Notes: generated by a model not told the origin, from the letters alone. Counted from the stretch's first letter, positions 18,572-30,100 are shown. The stretch is DNA of 64,000 nucleotides from an uncultured virus (IMG/VR IMGVR_UViG_3300009176_000004) (IMGVR_UViG_3300009176_000004); one strand, 5' to 3'. A program made the numbers and translations.

Positions 18572-19578
18572 CAGTCCTTCTTGCAGGCGTAGAAGTCGAT
18601 GTAGGGCGGATTGTTCGATGCTGCTGCAGGAGCACCTGTGATCGCCAGCGCGCCGGCGGAGTCCGTATTCCCGACCGTGGCGGCAGTCGCGCTTCCCGTA
18701 TTCCCGGCGACATCGGGAGCCGAGCTACCTGACGTAGCAGAGACTGAGTGCGAGTGGTCAGCGACCGCTGCCGTGGTCGCGCTGAACGTGTGCTGGTGCG
18801 GGAAGCGGGACATGAGAGCGTTGCTGCCTGCGTCGGTGTTCATGTTGCCGGCGTTGTCCGTACTCGTCGTCCCGCTGACGGTATGTGAATGCCCCCCAGC
18901 AGCACCGCTCGTCGCTGAGACGCTGTGCGTGTGACCTGCGACGACTAACGTGCCGGACGAGTGCGTGTGCCCAGCAACGGTGAGTACGCTCGACCCATGC
19001 ACATGCGCCTGCGAAGCGAGAGTTCCGACACCATGCGTATGCGTCGCAGCACCGCCAGAGACGTTCGACGGACCCATACGAACGTAATAGCCGTCCCACG
19101 CGGCGACTCGCGTGTAGCCTGCGGGACAGGGCACCGTCATGAAGATCATCGCGCCCGATGGCACGCCTTGGGGTACGCTCCAAGCGCCAGCGCCGTTCAG
19201 GAAGGTCGTCGCGTCGCCGTTCAGGTTCAACGGTCCGACTGTCCCGATGCCCAAGTTAGTTCTCGCGTTCGCGGCAGTCGTCGCTCCCGTGCCGCCGTCA
19301 GCAACAGGAATGACTGCGACAGTGGACGGTTCGCCGCCAGTCGACTTGACGTAGCCGTTCGCCAGGGCACTCATCACGCGCTCGTTCGTCAGAGCGGCGT
19401 GACCGGAGACGACCCAGTACTTCGGATCAGCGAGGCCTACGTCTACGGCATCGAGCGCGGCGAGCGCCTGGTCGACCGGATCGTAGACGTGCCCTTGCAG
19501 GACAGCATTGTTGAGGATGGTTCCGGTCGTGCCGGAACCATCATCATCGATCCACGTGACCCTGTTGAGAGCAGTCAC
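18571..19578 (-). CDS. tail fibre protein with HxH metal-binding repeats
   Basis: 'GGTGATTAANARTNLG' fibre motif, collar-like 'VPSGAM...CPAGYT', multiple HTH/HVH/HSH/HQH motifs, terminal 'PPYIDF'. Confidence 0.85.
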   Translation of the reverse strand: MTALNRVTWIDDDGSGTTGTILNNAVLQGHVYDPVDQALAALDAVDVGLADPKYWVVSGHAALTNERVMSALANGYVKSTGGEPSTVAVIPVADGGTGATTAANARTNLGIGTVGPLNLNGDATTFLNGAGAWSVPQGVPSGAMIFMTVPCPAGYTRVAAWDGYYVRMGPSNVSGGAATHTHGVGTLASQAHVHGSSVLTVAGHTHSSGTLVVAGHTHSVSATSGAAGGHSHTVSGTTSTDNAGNMNTDAGSNALMSRFPHQHTFSATTAAVADHSHSVSATSGSSAPDVAGNTGSATAATVGNTDSAGALAITGAPAAASNNPPYIDFYACKKD

Positions 19579-19976
19579 TACAGAGCGAACCAGCCGCTCG
19601 CGTTGACGGTGACGTTGATGTTGCCGCCGTTGGGCGTCACCGGCATTCCGGTCATGCCCGTGTCGTAGAACGCCGCCATGCCCTTCGTCGCGTGCGTGTC
19701 ATTGAAGACGATGATCGCTTCGGACTGCGCACCGCTGACTGCCGTCCAGGCGAAGTCGGCCGTGTCGAAGACACCGTCGACGATGGTGGGAGTGGTGAGC
19801 TGCGCTGACACAGCGATCTTTGCACCGGCGGGAACATCGGTCGAATAGGACGCATGCGTACCTGCGTACGTGTACGCGCCCGAGTCGATCAGCGTCGCAC
19901 GGATCGAGTCGGTGTCCATGTCGTGCTCTTTGTTCAGGAGCGCCTGCTTGTACTTCGGATAGAGGACGTTAGCCAT
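19578..19976 (-). CDS. minor tail/virion structural protein
   Basis: 'LYPKYKQALL...FDTAD...TPNGGNINVT' pattern typical of phage structural proteins. Confidence 0.75.
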   Translation of the reverse strand: MANVLYPKYKQALLNKEHDMDTDSIRATLIDSGAYTYAGTHASYSTDVPAGAKIAVSAQLTTPTIVDGVFDTADFAWTAVSGAQSEAIIVFNDTHATKGMAAFYDTGMTGMPVTPNGGNINVTVNASGWFAL

Positions 19977-20361
19977 TGAGAGACTCCTTCAGGGTCGGGA
20001 GAATGATCAGTTGGTCCGGCGGCGTGCCGTCCTCCCGATCGCCGGAGCGTAATCGTGCGTGGACTCGGATCTCGCACGTCGGACCGAAGCCGTTGTGAAA
20101 GAACGTCCGCCACTGTGCGTGCATCCAGTCGACGAACGCCGGGTCGTGAACGGGATGTCCTTCAGAGAGGACCACGATCTCCCAGAAGAGACGGCCGTAG
20201 TCGTCTGTCGCGTTGCGGATACGCATCTGAGAGACGGACCCGAAGACCAGCCGACCGAAGCGGGCGCAGTTCGCCTTGACGGTCTCGAAGTCAGGCCGCT
20301 TCGTCACGTCCGGATAGACGCGATACTCCCAGAGCGACCAGCGCTGATGTTCAGAGTTCAC
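19969..20361 (-). CDS. hypothetical protein
   Basis: overlapping neighbours in the operon. Confidence 0.65.
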   Translation of the reverse strand: MNSEHQRWSLWEYRVYPDVTKRPDFETVKANCARFGRLVFGSVSQMRIRNATDDYGRLFWEIVVLSEGHPVHDPAFVDWMHAQWRTFFHNGFGPTCEIRVHARLRSGDREDGTPPDQLIILPTLKESLNG

Positions 20362-20591
20362 TTCTGTGGTGGCTCCACCATGATGTTGTCTTCTGCCGCC
20401 TTCGCCGCTTGCTCCGCATGACGCGCTTCAAAGAAGTGCATCTTCAACGGCCTCTGCCGGTGCGACGGATCCGCCCAGCACGCGTGACAGATCGGATAGG
20501 GCGTCATCACGCCTGTCTCCTCATCGCGCATCACGCCGACGTATGGGTGACTCTCGGCTACTGCGCCGCAGCCGCTACACATGGACTCCAT
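20358..20591 (-). CDS. small Zn-finger protein
   Basis: CSGC...CHAC; AGGAGG RBS. Confidence 0.7.
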   Translation of the reverse strand: MESMCSGCGAVAESHPYVGVMRDEETGVMTPYPICHACWADPSHRQRPLKMHFFEARHAEQAAKAAEDNIMVEPPQK

Positions 20592-20602
20592 CGCTGCCTC
20601 CT

Positions 20603-21271
20603 TTAGAGCACGGTCATGAGGTAGTAGATGACGCGGACCTTATACTGGTTCGCTACGTTGCCGCCTGTCGGCGCAGCGGAGGTCGACATCTCGATCGCCT
20701 TGTTCAGGCAGGCCGTCGTAGAGATCCCGATGTCAGGTCCCGTCAGCCGCTGTGTCCGCTTCGTCGCGAGGTTCAACGTGCCGCTTGAGACGGCGAAGAG
20801 GTTCGTACTGTCTCCTGTGTACCGGACCTGTACGCTCGGGTTTGAGTAGACGCCGGCGGAGAAGTCGCTGCTCATCGAGATCGAGATCGGGATCGTACAC
20901 GTCGTAGCGCCTTGCGCGGGGACGAGAGCGACGGGCGTCGTAAAGAGCGCTAGGATCTGTGCATGCGTCAGCGTGACATCTGAGGCGAAGAGGATCGGTG
21001 TGCCTCCGCCTCCGCTTGACGGTACGCCCCAGCCTGTTGGTCCAGAGCCCACCTTCGTCCAAAGCGTAAAGCCGGCAGCTCCGTCCGTCTGCAGGTAGAG
21101 AGAGCTCGTCGTCGCGTTGACTACACCTTCCGGAGAGCCGAGACCGGACGTGATGATAGGTCCAGTCGCGGACCCGAAGATCACCTGCGACCACGGCCCA
21201 CTCGCCTGCTGCGCAGCAGCTGGAAGAGCGAAGAGCAGAGCAGCGAGGACGAATGCGAAGCAGCGCTTCAT
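20603..21271 (-). CDS. signal-peptide-bearing tail-fibre-like protein
   Basis: 'MKRCFAFVLAALLFALPAAA-QQ' Sec signal; 'GSPEGVVNA..SSLYLQTDG...LWTK...TGW' fibre motif. Confidence 0.7.
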   Translation of the reverse strand: MKRCFAFVLAALLFALPAAAQQASGPWSQVIFGSATGPIITSGLGSPEGVVNATTSSLYLQTDGAAGFTLWTKVGSGPTGWGVPSSGGGGTPILFASDVTLTHAQILALFTTPVALVPAQGATTCTIPISISMSSDFSAGVYSNPSVQVRYTGDSTNLFAVSSGTLNLATKRTQRLTGPDIGISTTACLNKAIEMSTSAAPTGGNVANQYKVRVIYYLMTVL

Positions 21272-21765
21272 AGCTTCAGCTCCATCTGTGCGCCCCGATA
21301 GTAGACCGGGACAGTGTTGAGGCCGGCGACGATTTCGATCCTGCACGACTTCCTCGTTGTCCCTGCAGGTGGTGTGATTGCGATCTCGTACAAGGTCCAC
21401 GCGACGTCAACGACGCCCGCCGGTAGCTCTGCAAGGGTGACCGCATCGTCAGTATTCTGAAAGCGCACGCGCACGAAGCCGGACACGTTCGCGGTCTTCA
21501 CCCAGACGCGCAGCGTCAGCGTTAGGCCTCGCACGTCCTCTTGACAGAACTTCACCGTGTTCGCATCCTCTGCCCACGCGTAGGCTGTGTTCAGGTGTCC
21601 GACGGTAGAGGCAGAGCCGAGATGCCAGTAGCGCGGCTTGCCGAGGATGACGAGATTCTGCCTGATCTGCTCGATCTGACTCGCACGCCCAGCGTGGCCG
21701 GGAATGTAAGTAGTGCCGGTCGGCGGAATCAGTGCTGCGTAGATTTCACCAGCCATTAGCGCCAC
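21268..21765 (-). CDS. tail-associated protein
   Basis: position in tail operon, overlapping neighbours. Confidence 0.7.
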   Translation of the reverse strand: MALMAGEIYAALIPPTGTTYIPGHAGRASQIEQIRQNLVILGKPRYWHLGSASTVGHLNTAYAWAEDANTVKFCQEDVRGLTLTLRVWVKTANVSGFVRVRFQNTDDAVTLAELPAGVVDVAWTLYEIAITPPAGTTRKSCRIEIVAGLNTVPVYYRGAQMELKL

Positions 21766-24700
21766 TCCCTAGCATCGCTGTTGTCCGAAGGAATCGTATC
21801 TGCTTCCGTAGCCCAAGCCAGGTAGGTGCCCTTCTGGTCGGACGTCATCGCGTCCCAAGTCGTCAGGGAGTCTGGACCCCAGACCCATGCTGCGTCGAGC
21901 AGCGCAGTAATGTCCAGGCCGCGAAGCGAGACGGTCAAGGGCGTGTTCGAGTCTGGCGACGGCGGATGTACTTCGTGCTCGAGTACGAGCATGAAGGCTT
22001 CCTGGTAGCCTGTCGCTCCGAGCCCGGCCTCATCCGTGATCCGGACGACGTCGAAGATGTCGACGTTGAGGCCGACGATGCTGACCTGAACATCGAGCCA
22101 CTGCCTGACCGTATGACCAAGCAGGAGCGCACGCTGCATTACGTCCGTAATGGTCGTAAGATCTGCCGTGTACGCGAGCGTGCGCTGCGGCCCGACCTTA
22201 GGCTTTCCGCGGTTCAGAGCGATCGCGGCAGCGTCTTCGACCTGCGCATCCGTCACTGCGAACGCCTGCGTGAGTGCGAGGTAGCTATGCTGGTACGGGA
22301 TCGTTGTCTCCAGCTCGCCCGTCTTCGGAGTGATCCCGATGTCCCCTATGATCTCACGTGCGTCGGTGAAGAGCGGATACGTCTTCGTCGGATCTATGAC
22401 ATCGTCATAGTGCCCGGAGGTCACCTGACCGAGCCGATTGATTCCGTGGTGTAGGCCGAAGCTCTGAACGCCACCCTGAATGAAGTCCCGGAGCGTCGTT
22501 GCTTTGTCCAGGACGAGTCGCATTATGTAGCCGGCCCCGCCGACACGAGAGGCCTGCGTTGCAGCGGCGCGATCATATGACGGCTCATCGACCATACGCG
22601 TCCCGTCGTTGAAGAACGGGCTTCCGGTCCAGAGGCCGATCTTATGATCGTTGAACACGAGCTCCTTGACGAGGTGCTTCATGCCTAGCGCGGCCTGTGT
22701 AATGACTGTGCCAGAGGCATTTCCGACGGTCTCCGTACTCGCACCATTGATTGTGACGACGGCGGAGCCATCTCGGTGCTTCGCAAGGACTCCACCCTTG
22801 AGATAGATTACTGTGCAGTCACAATCGCCGAGAGGTCTCGTCTTCACGGCCCCGAAGGGCCAGTCGCTCCGCGAGGGAGTACGAACGTCCGCGTGCATAT
22901 CGCCAAGCCGTGCACCGCCTGCATAGACGCCTATGATCTGCTTCCAAGCCCATCTGCCGACGAGGAACTTCCCGTACTTCACGCTCGCAATGACTTCGTC
23001 CCCTATGTCTATGATCGGCACCAGGCCGTGCGGGACGGGGAGCTCTGTGATTGCTTCGCCACTACTGAACTGATCATCGTCGAAGTAGACCCACCCGCCT
23101 TCCATTTGCGACGCGGGGACGTGTATGAGGCGCTTGAAGCCGCCGACCGCTCCACGCCGAGCAATGAGATACTCGGTCGCTCCGGCGATCGGCGTGAAGT
23201 GACCGCGCACGATGCGGCGCGGACCTGACTCAATTGCGTTGAGCTCGCCACTCTTTCCCGTGAGCCCGTCAGCGAGCTTCGCGACGATCACGTACCACCA
23301 GATGTTCGGTCCGGTGAAGGCGGCAGCCTGCATCACGGAAGTATCTATGATGTCGATCGACGTTGCCGTCGTCTCAATGTACCACGGCCAGCGGGCGAGG
23401 TAGTACCAGTGGCCCATGTAGACGCGATACTTCACGGCGCCTGTCGCTCCGCTCCAGCTGACACGGATCTTCTGCGTTCCGTCGACCGTCGCCTTCGGTA
23501 CTGTCTGCACGCCACGGATCGTATTCACGCTCGATGGAAACGCACCTGGTCCACCGCCACCGCCAGGATGCACGTGGAAGGGATAGGGGTCGCTTTCCTT
23601 CCCTGCGGCATCGACCGACGAGACCATGAAGCCGAACTCGTTGTTCCACGTCTCCGTCGGATCGAGGGTGCCTCCGGCGAGAGCGGTCGCCGTGACGCTC
23701 GTGGGCGACGTCGCAGTAGATGTCATGTCGCCGAAGCCGGACATCCCGCCGCCGGGCTCTCCGCGCAACGGATACGACTTCCAGACGGCCACGCCTGCAT
23801 ACGCGCTCGACTCGTCGCTCCAGATCCCCATGTAGATCGGAGCCGGCGGCTTTGCATCCTGGAGCTCCTTCGGTGCTTCCGGCACACGCACCTTGTCCAA
23901 GAGGACGGATCCGAGAATGTCGCGGTCCAAGCTGAAGGAGCCGAACTCGCTCCCTATGATATCGACGCCATTGCCCTGCACGAGCAACTCAACAGTCGGC
24001 GGATACTCGCGCAGGATGAAGCGTCCGAGCAGACGCGCATTCTCGACGTATCCGCGACGTGCGACGTACGCTCTGAACTCCCTGTTGTACCAGGCGCCTG
24101 CCGCTATGAGGCCACGGATCCGACGGTCGTGATCATCCGCAGTCCACTGTGCATTGCTCGCCTGCCAGGAGCCAAGACGGTCGGTCGTGCGGCGCGTAAT
24201 CACATCAGCTGTGACAAGACGACCTTCCTTCCGTCCCGCGTGCCGTGCGAGGAACGGCGAATCGTTCATCGGGTCATGCAGCGCCCACTGCTCCATGCCG
24301 GTATCGAGATCGATCTCGATGAAGAACCGGTCTTCGTGCGGGCCGAGTCCTTCCCACGCGTCACTTGGATCAGGGGGCGCAACGACCGACAGCCGAACAG
24401 CCTGCGTAAGGTTGACCGGAGAGCCGACTTCAATCGCCGTCAGGCGAACGGCTTGCGTCAAACGAACCGCTGCGTCCGAGACATCTGCATCCGTGATGAC
24501 GAGCCGCAGTGCTTGCGTAAGGACTGCAGCGGCATCTGTTCCAGACGCCGGAACGACTGTTAGACGAGGCGCCTGTGTAACGTTCGGAACAGGCGTGCCG
24601 AGAAAGAACGCGCTCGCTGCGCCTGCAATCGCCTTGCTGCCGCCGGTCCAGGACCATTGAGGACTGATCGGAGCGGACGTGCCCTGGATTGTATATGCGA

Positions 24701-25235
24701 GCGCGACACCATAGTTCTGACCGCCGACCCAGACCAGATGATCGGAGATCGTCAGGTTCGACGTAAGTACTGACGCGTCACCCCAACCCGCGCTCGCGAC
24801 GAAGAGAGCATTGTCTATCGGGACGCTGCCGGGTCCGATCGGATTGATCGCGCCGATGACGAACGGGGACGGGAGTGTACCTGCCTGCCCGACGACAGGC
24901 AACGTTCCGACAGGCGTCATGCCACCGAATGCCGCTACCGCGAGCGCCTGCGTATAGCCAGGTGGGAATGTGAATGTATGTCCTGTTCCGACGACTAACG
25001 ACGGCCCGAGAGCCATCCACAGCCGACTGCGGAACGAGCTGACGTTGAGGGGACTAAGTAACGGAATCCACGTATTCGCTTTGTTATCGAACGGAGCCGT
25101 ATCGGGAGAAGCGGGATTCCCGTGGACCGTCGCTATGATGATGAGTGTCGCGCCCGTCGTATTGAGCGCCGCTGTGACAGCGTTACCGCCTCCAGTCTGC
25201 GGCTTCGCATCATGTGCGATGAGAGTCCACGGCAT
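21756..25235 (-). CDS. large tail tip / baseplate hub protein
   Basis: 1159 aa, beta-rich, FN3-like segments 'IRVSWSGATGAVKYRVY', third gene after tape measure. Confidence 0.75.
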   Translation of the reverse strand: MPWTLIAHDAKPQTGGGNAVTAALNTTGATLIIIATVHGNPASPDTAPFDNKANTWIPLLSPLNVSSFRSRLWMALGPSLVVGTGHTFTFPPGYTQALAVAAFGGMTPVGTLPVVGQAGTLPSPFVIGAINPIGPGSVPIDNALFVASAGWGDASVLTSNLTISDHLVWVGGQNYGVALAYTIQGTSAPISPQWSWTGGSKAIAGAASAFFLGTPVPNVTQAPRLTVVPASGTDAAAVLTQALRLVITDADVSDAAVRLTQAVRLTAIEVGSPVNLTQAVRLSVVAPPDPSDAWEGLGPHEDRFFIEIDLDTGMEQWALHDPMNDSPFLARHAGRKEGRLVTADVITRRTTDRLGSWQASNAQWTADDHDRRIRGLIAAGAWYNREFRAYVARRGYVENARLLGRFILREYPPTVELLVQGNGVDIIGSEFGSFSLDRDILGSVLLDKVRVPEAPKELQDAKPPAPIYMGIWSDESSAYAGVAVWKSYPLRGEPGGGMSGFGDMTSTATSPTSVTATALAGGTLDPTETWNNEFGFMVSSVDAAGKESDPYPFHVHPGGGGGPGAFPSSVNTIRGVQTVPKATVDGTQKIRVSWSGATGAVKYRVYMGHWYYLARWPWYIETTATSIDIIDTSVMQAAAFTGPNIWWYVIVAKLADGLTGKSGELNAIESGPRRIVRGHFTPIAGATEYLIARRGAVGGFKRLIHVPASQMEGGWVYFDDDQFSSGEAITELPVPHGLVPIIDIGDEVIASVKYGKFLVGRWAWKQIIGVYAGGARLGDMHADVRTPSRSDWPFGAVKTRPLGDCDCTVIYLKGGVLAKHRDGSAVVTINGASTETVGNASGTVITQAALGMKHLVKELVFNDHKIGLWTGSPFFNDGTRMVDEPSYDRAAATQASRVGGAGYIMRLVLDKATTLRDFIQGGVQSFGLHHGINRLGQVTSGHYDDVIDPTKTYPLFTDAREIIGDIGITPKTGELETTIPYQHSYLALTQAFAVTDAQVEDAAAIALNRGKPKVGPQRTLAYTADLTTITDVMQRALLLGHTVRQWLDVQVSIVGLNVDIFDVVRITDEAGLGATGYQEAFMLVLEHEVHPPSPDSNTPLTVSLRGLDITALLDAAWVWGPDSLTTWDAMTSDQKGTYLAWATEADTIPSDNSDAREWR

Positions 25236-25236
25236 G

Positions 25237-26361
25237 CTAGAGGACCTTCAGCCCACTCTCTGATGCATTGATCGCTGCGATCGTCCAGGGCAGTCCGGTC
25301 GTCGGGTCGACCTCACGGATGAAGTCGTAATAGCTGTAGCTACCGGAAGTCGGAGACTGCGGAGTCGTTCCGTCGTAGTTCGTTCCGGTACGCCTGATCA
25401 CGTCGGCTACGTTCGTACCGCCGGCAGCAGCGAGCTTGAGGCAGGGCCTGTTGATCATGAAGCGCGGCGTACCCAGAGCGACAGTCAGCGCAGGATAGAC
25501 GTACGAGTCCCTCGCGCCTGATGCACCGCCCTGATTGTACGTACCGTCATCATCCGAGATCACTTCATCAACCATCGCCCCGTGATCGGTTCCGCTCAGC
25601 GGAGTGAAGTCCGTGTTCCCGCCGTTGCCGATGGCCGGCAGCTGCACCAGCACGGAGCAGTCACCGGGATGATCGTTGTTCGCGGAGCCGGTCGAATCGC
25701 ACACGACTTGGTCCATGACCTTAAACGTCGGGTTCTGAATCGGATCTGCACCGTTCGGCTTCGCGCTGTTGAATGCGAAGCGGCTCCAACCGGCCGTGCC
25801 GGCGTTTCGCGTATCTACGCCCGTGAGTCCTGCTCCGCCGCCGAGCTGCTCAACGCGATTCAGCTTGAAGGAGACGGCTCCGTTCGGGGCATCGCCGATC
25901 GTCGCCTTGATCGAGAAGTTATACCAGACGTTCGTTGTAACAGGATTCGGCGTCGAGCCGATGATCGTTCCCCCACCGCTACTCGGAAACGCGTAGCCCG
26001 TCTTGAAGCAGAACGTATGATCGTTCCGCATGCAGAGCGAGAGATGCCAGACGGTCGCATCGCCGACGGCCCAGAACGGTGTCTCCTGCCCGACCTGCGT
26101 GAAGTCCAGGAACATGATCGCGAAGCTATGTATGATCGTCGCGTTGCCGGGGACGAGAGTCTTCTGCAGGTACGCGTAGTAATTTCCTGCAGGTACGCCA
26201 CCAACGTTCAGGAACTGGAGCGCGGTCGTTCCTGGACGGCGACCAGCACCGGCGACGGTGATGTTTACTGTGTCGCCAGACGTACCTGTCAGCGCGGTCC
26301 AGATTCGATTGAGCTGCGCCGTGTTATAGTAGTCAGGGCTATCGGCCCAGAGTCCAGCCAT
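25237..26361 (-). CDS. tail protein with LamG/ConA-like domain
   Basis: 'TNVWYNFSIKATIG', terminal 'DPTTGLPWT.AAINA.ESG' motif; GGAGG RBS at the MAGLW start. Confidence 0.75.
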   Translation of the reverse strand: MAGLWADSPDYYNTAQLNRIWTALTGTSGDTVNITVAGAGRRPGTTALQFLNVGGVPAGNYYAYLQKTLVPGNATIIHSFAIMFLDFTQVGQETPFWAVGDATVWHLSLCMRNDHTFCFKTGYAFPSSGGGTIIGSTPNPVTTNVWYNFSIKATIGDAPNGAVSFKLNRVEQLGGGAGLTGVDTRNAGTAGWSRFAFNSAKPNGADPIQNPTFKVMDQVVCDSTGSANNDHPGDCSVLVQLPAIGNGGNTDFTPLSGTDHGAMVDEVISDDDGTYNQGGASGARDSYVYPALTVALGTPRFMINRPCLKLAAAGGTNVADVIRRTGTNYDGTTPQSPTSGSYSYYDFIREVDPTTGLPWTIAAINASESGLKVL

Positions 26362-26362
26362 G

Positions 26363-27169
26363 TCAATAAGCCTCCCCGCAAGCGAGCTCTTCGAAGGTGG
26401 CGTCTGTCGTGACGAGCAGATTGCTCTCGGGATAGTTCTCCTCGAGCGAGGGCGCAGACCATCGACCGAGTACGGGCTCGTCGCTTCGCAAGTTCGTCGG
26501 CCACACGAGCATGGGATAGAGCATAGCCTTGCTCGCGGCGAGGACGTTCCTGAACGCGTCCCAGTAGCCCGGCTGCAGACTGAGCTGCGCGCTCCACGCA
26601 CGGGCGCGAGTACGTCGGTCGTGGACGTAACGTGGCCCCTTCTTCCCCTGTGCGTATGTCACACCCCACTCGGTCGAGACGTGGAGCGGAATCAGCATGC
26701 CGGACATAAGGTTCTGGAGCACGCCACCGACGGCGATCTCTCCTATGAGAATCGCGTTCGTATTCGCGGTGACGTTTGTCACATGCAGGTACGAGAGCGT
26801 ACGCGTAGCAATGCTCGGATAGGCGGCCGCTACGTCGAAGACGAGATGCGGAGCGAAGCCGTCGGCAGTCCACGGCGGGACGATCACGTCGATCCGAACA
26901 GGTGGAGAAGTCCAGACGGGCGAGTTGCTCATCTCCAAGCGGACCTTCGTTCCTGCCTTGAAGCTGTGATGATGTATCGTGACGACGTCGACGCGTTGCG
27001 CTGCGGGCAGGGCTCCCTGCAGGCCGATCGTCGTCTCCTGAATCCAGAGTGGGTTCGATGGGTCGCGGTCCGAGAGCTTATCGACGTCGTAGCCAAGAAG
27101 CGGTGTCCCGGCGATCAGGCTCCAGTTCGGAAAGCGGAAGTCGGTCCAGGAGACGATGGGCAAAGGCAT
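26363..27169 (-). CDS. distal tail-like protein
   Basis: immediately downstream of tape measure; ends 'DATFEEL'. Confidence 0.7.
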   Translation of the reverse strand: MPLPIVSWTDFRFPNWSLIAGTPLLGYDVDKLSDRDPSNPLWIQETTIGLQGALPAAQRVDVVTIHHHSFKAGTKVRLEMSNSPVWTSPPVRIDVIVPPWTADGFAPHLVFDVAAAYPSIATRTLSYLHVTNVTANTNAILIGEIAVGGVLQNLMSGMLIPLHVSTEWGVTYAQGKKGPRYVHDRRTRARAWSAQLSLQPGYWDAFRNVLAASKAMLYPMLVWPTNLRSDEPVLGRWSAPSLEENYPESNLLVTTDATFEELACGEAY

Positions 27170-30100
27170 CAGCTGACTCCCAGCGAGCGCCGCGTATTCG
27201 TCCTCGAGCTCTCTATGTTATCCGTGAGGATCAGCGGCAGCTGTCGTGCGAGTGACGTTCTGAAGGCCGGAGAGCCAACGACACGAGCGACGTCATTCCC
27301 ATCCCACGCTTGGATCGTCACGTTCAGGTTCGTGACGTTCCCACCTCCGCCCATCGATCCGCCTGCAGCTGGAGCAGCCGCGCCCATGTTCAGCCAACGA
27401 GCGGCAGTCTCTTCCTTCGCGCTCTCAGGAACGACCGCCTCATCGCCGTGTAGGATCACGTGCCTGCCCGCACCGAACTTCAGGAAGCGGCCGAACGTTC
27501 CGACGGCATGGCCTTCCGGTGTCTCCTGAGGCGGAGCGGCAGGCGGCGAGTCACCCTCTTGCACGAACCGGTACGGGATCTTGATCCCTTGAGCGTACTG
27601 CCTCTCGATGTCGTAGAAAGAGGTCCTGCTGTCTGCGACGAGATCGTTCTTGAGGTAGTTCCCCATCTGGCCGAGGCCTTCAGGCCCGACGGCCGCGATG
27701 CCGAGATCTTTCACGGGCTGCTTCAGCGCGTCAAGCGCAGCCTGTCCATTCTTCGTGATCTCATCGACGGCCTGTGCGTTCTGTGCCTCTGCCGCCTTCA
27801 TCTCCTGATCGAGCTCGGCTTGCCGTGCGGCGATCCGCTCACGGGACTTCTTCTCGATGCTGCCCATGTGCTCTTCGGGCGCCTCGCTCTTGTTCAGAGC
27901 GTCGAGTTCGTCCGACAGCGACTTCATCTCCGTCGTGATGTGATCCTTGAGCTCCGTGTACTTCGTCTTCTGGGCCTCGAGCGCTGCTGACGTTGCTTCA
28001 GCCGCCTCCTTCTGCTTCGCCTGACTAACCTGATACGCGTCGAGCGCTTCCTGCATCGGCGCCATGGCGGCGAGGACGGCCTCCGGCCCCTTCTTCTCCG
28101 CATCCCACATGGCCTTCACGTCGCGCTCAGCATCCGCCCCGCTCTTGCCTATGGCGATATACGCGTCGCGAACGGCGATGAGAGTTCCTGCGGCCTGCGG
28201 ATCGGACCAGCCCGCCTTGCCGGCTTCGCTCTTCTGTACGTCACTCAGACCGCCGAAGGCCTTCTCCTGGAATGAAGCGACTTCTCCTCGTGCCGCCTTC
28301 TCCTTCTTCGACGGTCCGAAGTTGATCAGGCCACCGACGACGCCGCTCAGCCCACCGATCAGGGCTCCGATGGCTGTGCCGACGCCCGGGAAGACCATCG
28401 TGCCGATGAGTGCGCCCGTCGCAGCGCCGCTCGCTCCGCCGAAGGCTGCGGAGCCTGCACCGCGACCGAACATCTTCTGACCGAGAGCGCCGAGACCGAA
28501 GCCAGCGCCGCCGATGACTGCGCCGCCTGCGATCGTCGCTGCAGTACCTGCGGCAGCAACGCCACCGCTCAGGCCGCCGCCGGTACCTGCGAACGTACCT
28601 GCTGCTCCTCCTGCGACCGGCGTTCCGAGCCCGGCCGCCGTACTGAAGATCGGAATCCCTGCCTCGACGCCCGTGCCGCCGACTGCACCGATTGCGCCTG
28701 CACCACCACCACCGAATAGGCCGATGCCCTTCTTAATCAGGCCGCCCCAGCCACCGGCGCCTCCACCACCACCACCGCCCGACCCGACAGAGCCCCACGC
28801 TTCAGAGAAGGCGCCTCGCGAGCCCGTGATCGAGTCAAGCATCTTCATGAGGAAGCCCTCGATGAAGCGCTTGAGCATGTTCGCGAGCATCTTCGTGAAG
28901 TCGCCTGCGATGTCAGACCAGATCTTCTTAAGGTCGTCCTTCCAGTGGTTCCAGTGCGTCGCCATGTCCGCGAGCGTACTCGAGAGCTCGGTTCCGAGCT
29001 GCGCGTACCAGGAGAGCACGTCTCCCTTCAGCCCGCCAACAGCCTTCGCCTGTGCCTGGATGCTCGCTTCCCACGAACGCTGGACGGCCTCTGCTGAGAA
29101 GGCACCGGAGTCCCGAATCTGTTCGTACAGGAGCACGGACTTCGCTGCCGTCTCCTGGAGATCAGCGACGGTCTGCTCTCCGGACGCACGCTCGAGTTCG
29201 TTGAGTGTGTGATACAGTCCGTTCGCATTGTCAATCTGCCACTGAGCCGCCTCACGGATCTGAGTCTTCCTGATCTCGAGCTCCCGCTGGTTCGCGGCGG
29301 TCACGACCGGAAGCGCCAGTAGCTCTGCGTCTCGCTTGCGCTCGATCTCTACGATCTGGAGATCCGTCCCGGTCCGATAGAGATCGACCTGACTCTTCTC
29401 GTAATTGATATTCGCCGTCGCCACGACGAGTAGAGCGGAGAGACCCTTCTGCTGACGCTTGTCCTCTGCCTCGATGATCTTATCGACTCCGTCTTGGAAC
29501 TGGACGGCGACCTTACCCATGTAGTCGGCCGTCACGAGCTTCTGCATCTCTGTCGCGATGTCGGCGACGTTGGACTCGATCTTAACGCCTGCCTGCTCCG
29601 CATCGTCAGCTGCCTTGATTGCATCCGTCCCAAAGATCCTAAGCTGGTCGCTCAGCGACATTCCGCGCTTGCGGGCATTGTCGATCTGAGTCGAAAGAAC
29701 CTCCATCTTCTTTCGGACCTTCTCGGCGGCGTCGTCAGCAGCGGAACCGGCTTCGCCGAGCGCATGACCGAAGCCCTTCGCGTCGGCCTGCGCCTTACGC
29801 ATTGCTTCAGCCGACGAGGCTACTTCCGCCTTGACCTTGACGAGGGCCTCAGGGAAGTTCTTCGCCGTCGTCGTTGTCGCCTTGTCGATGGCATCGAGCG
29901 TGTCGAAGATGGGCTTCCGAACTGCGGCGATGCCGGCGGCTGTGCCTTCGGCGATGCCGTGCGCCTTCTTAGCAAGGCCTTCGACGACCGCGCCCATAGC
30001 GGCAGCCGTCGGATTGATCAAGCCGATTGCTTTGATGACGACGTTGACGCCGTCGACGATGCTTGCGAAGGAGTCCAGGATGAAGGCAGCAGTGATCCCG

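Noticed and set aside
14370..19578. Diversity-generating retroelement target in tail fibres
   Set aside because: No reverse transcriptase and no TR/VR nucleotide repeat pair noticed in the window
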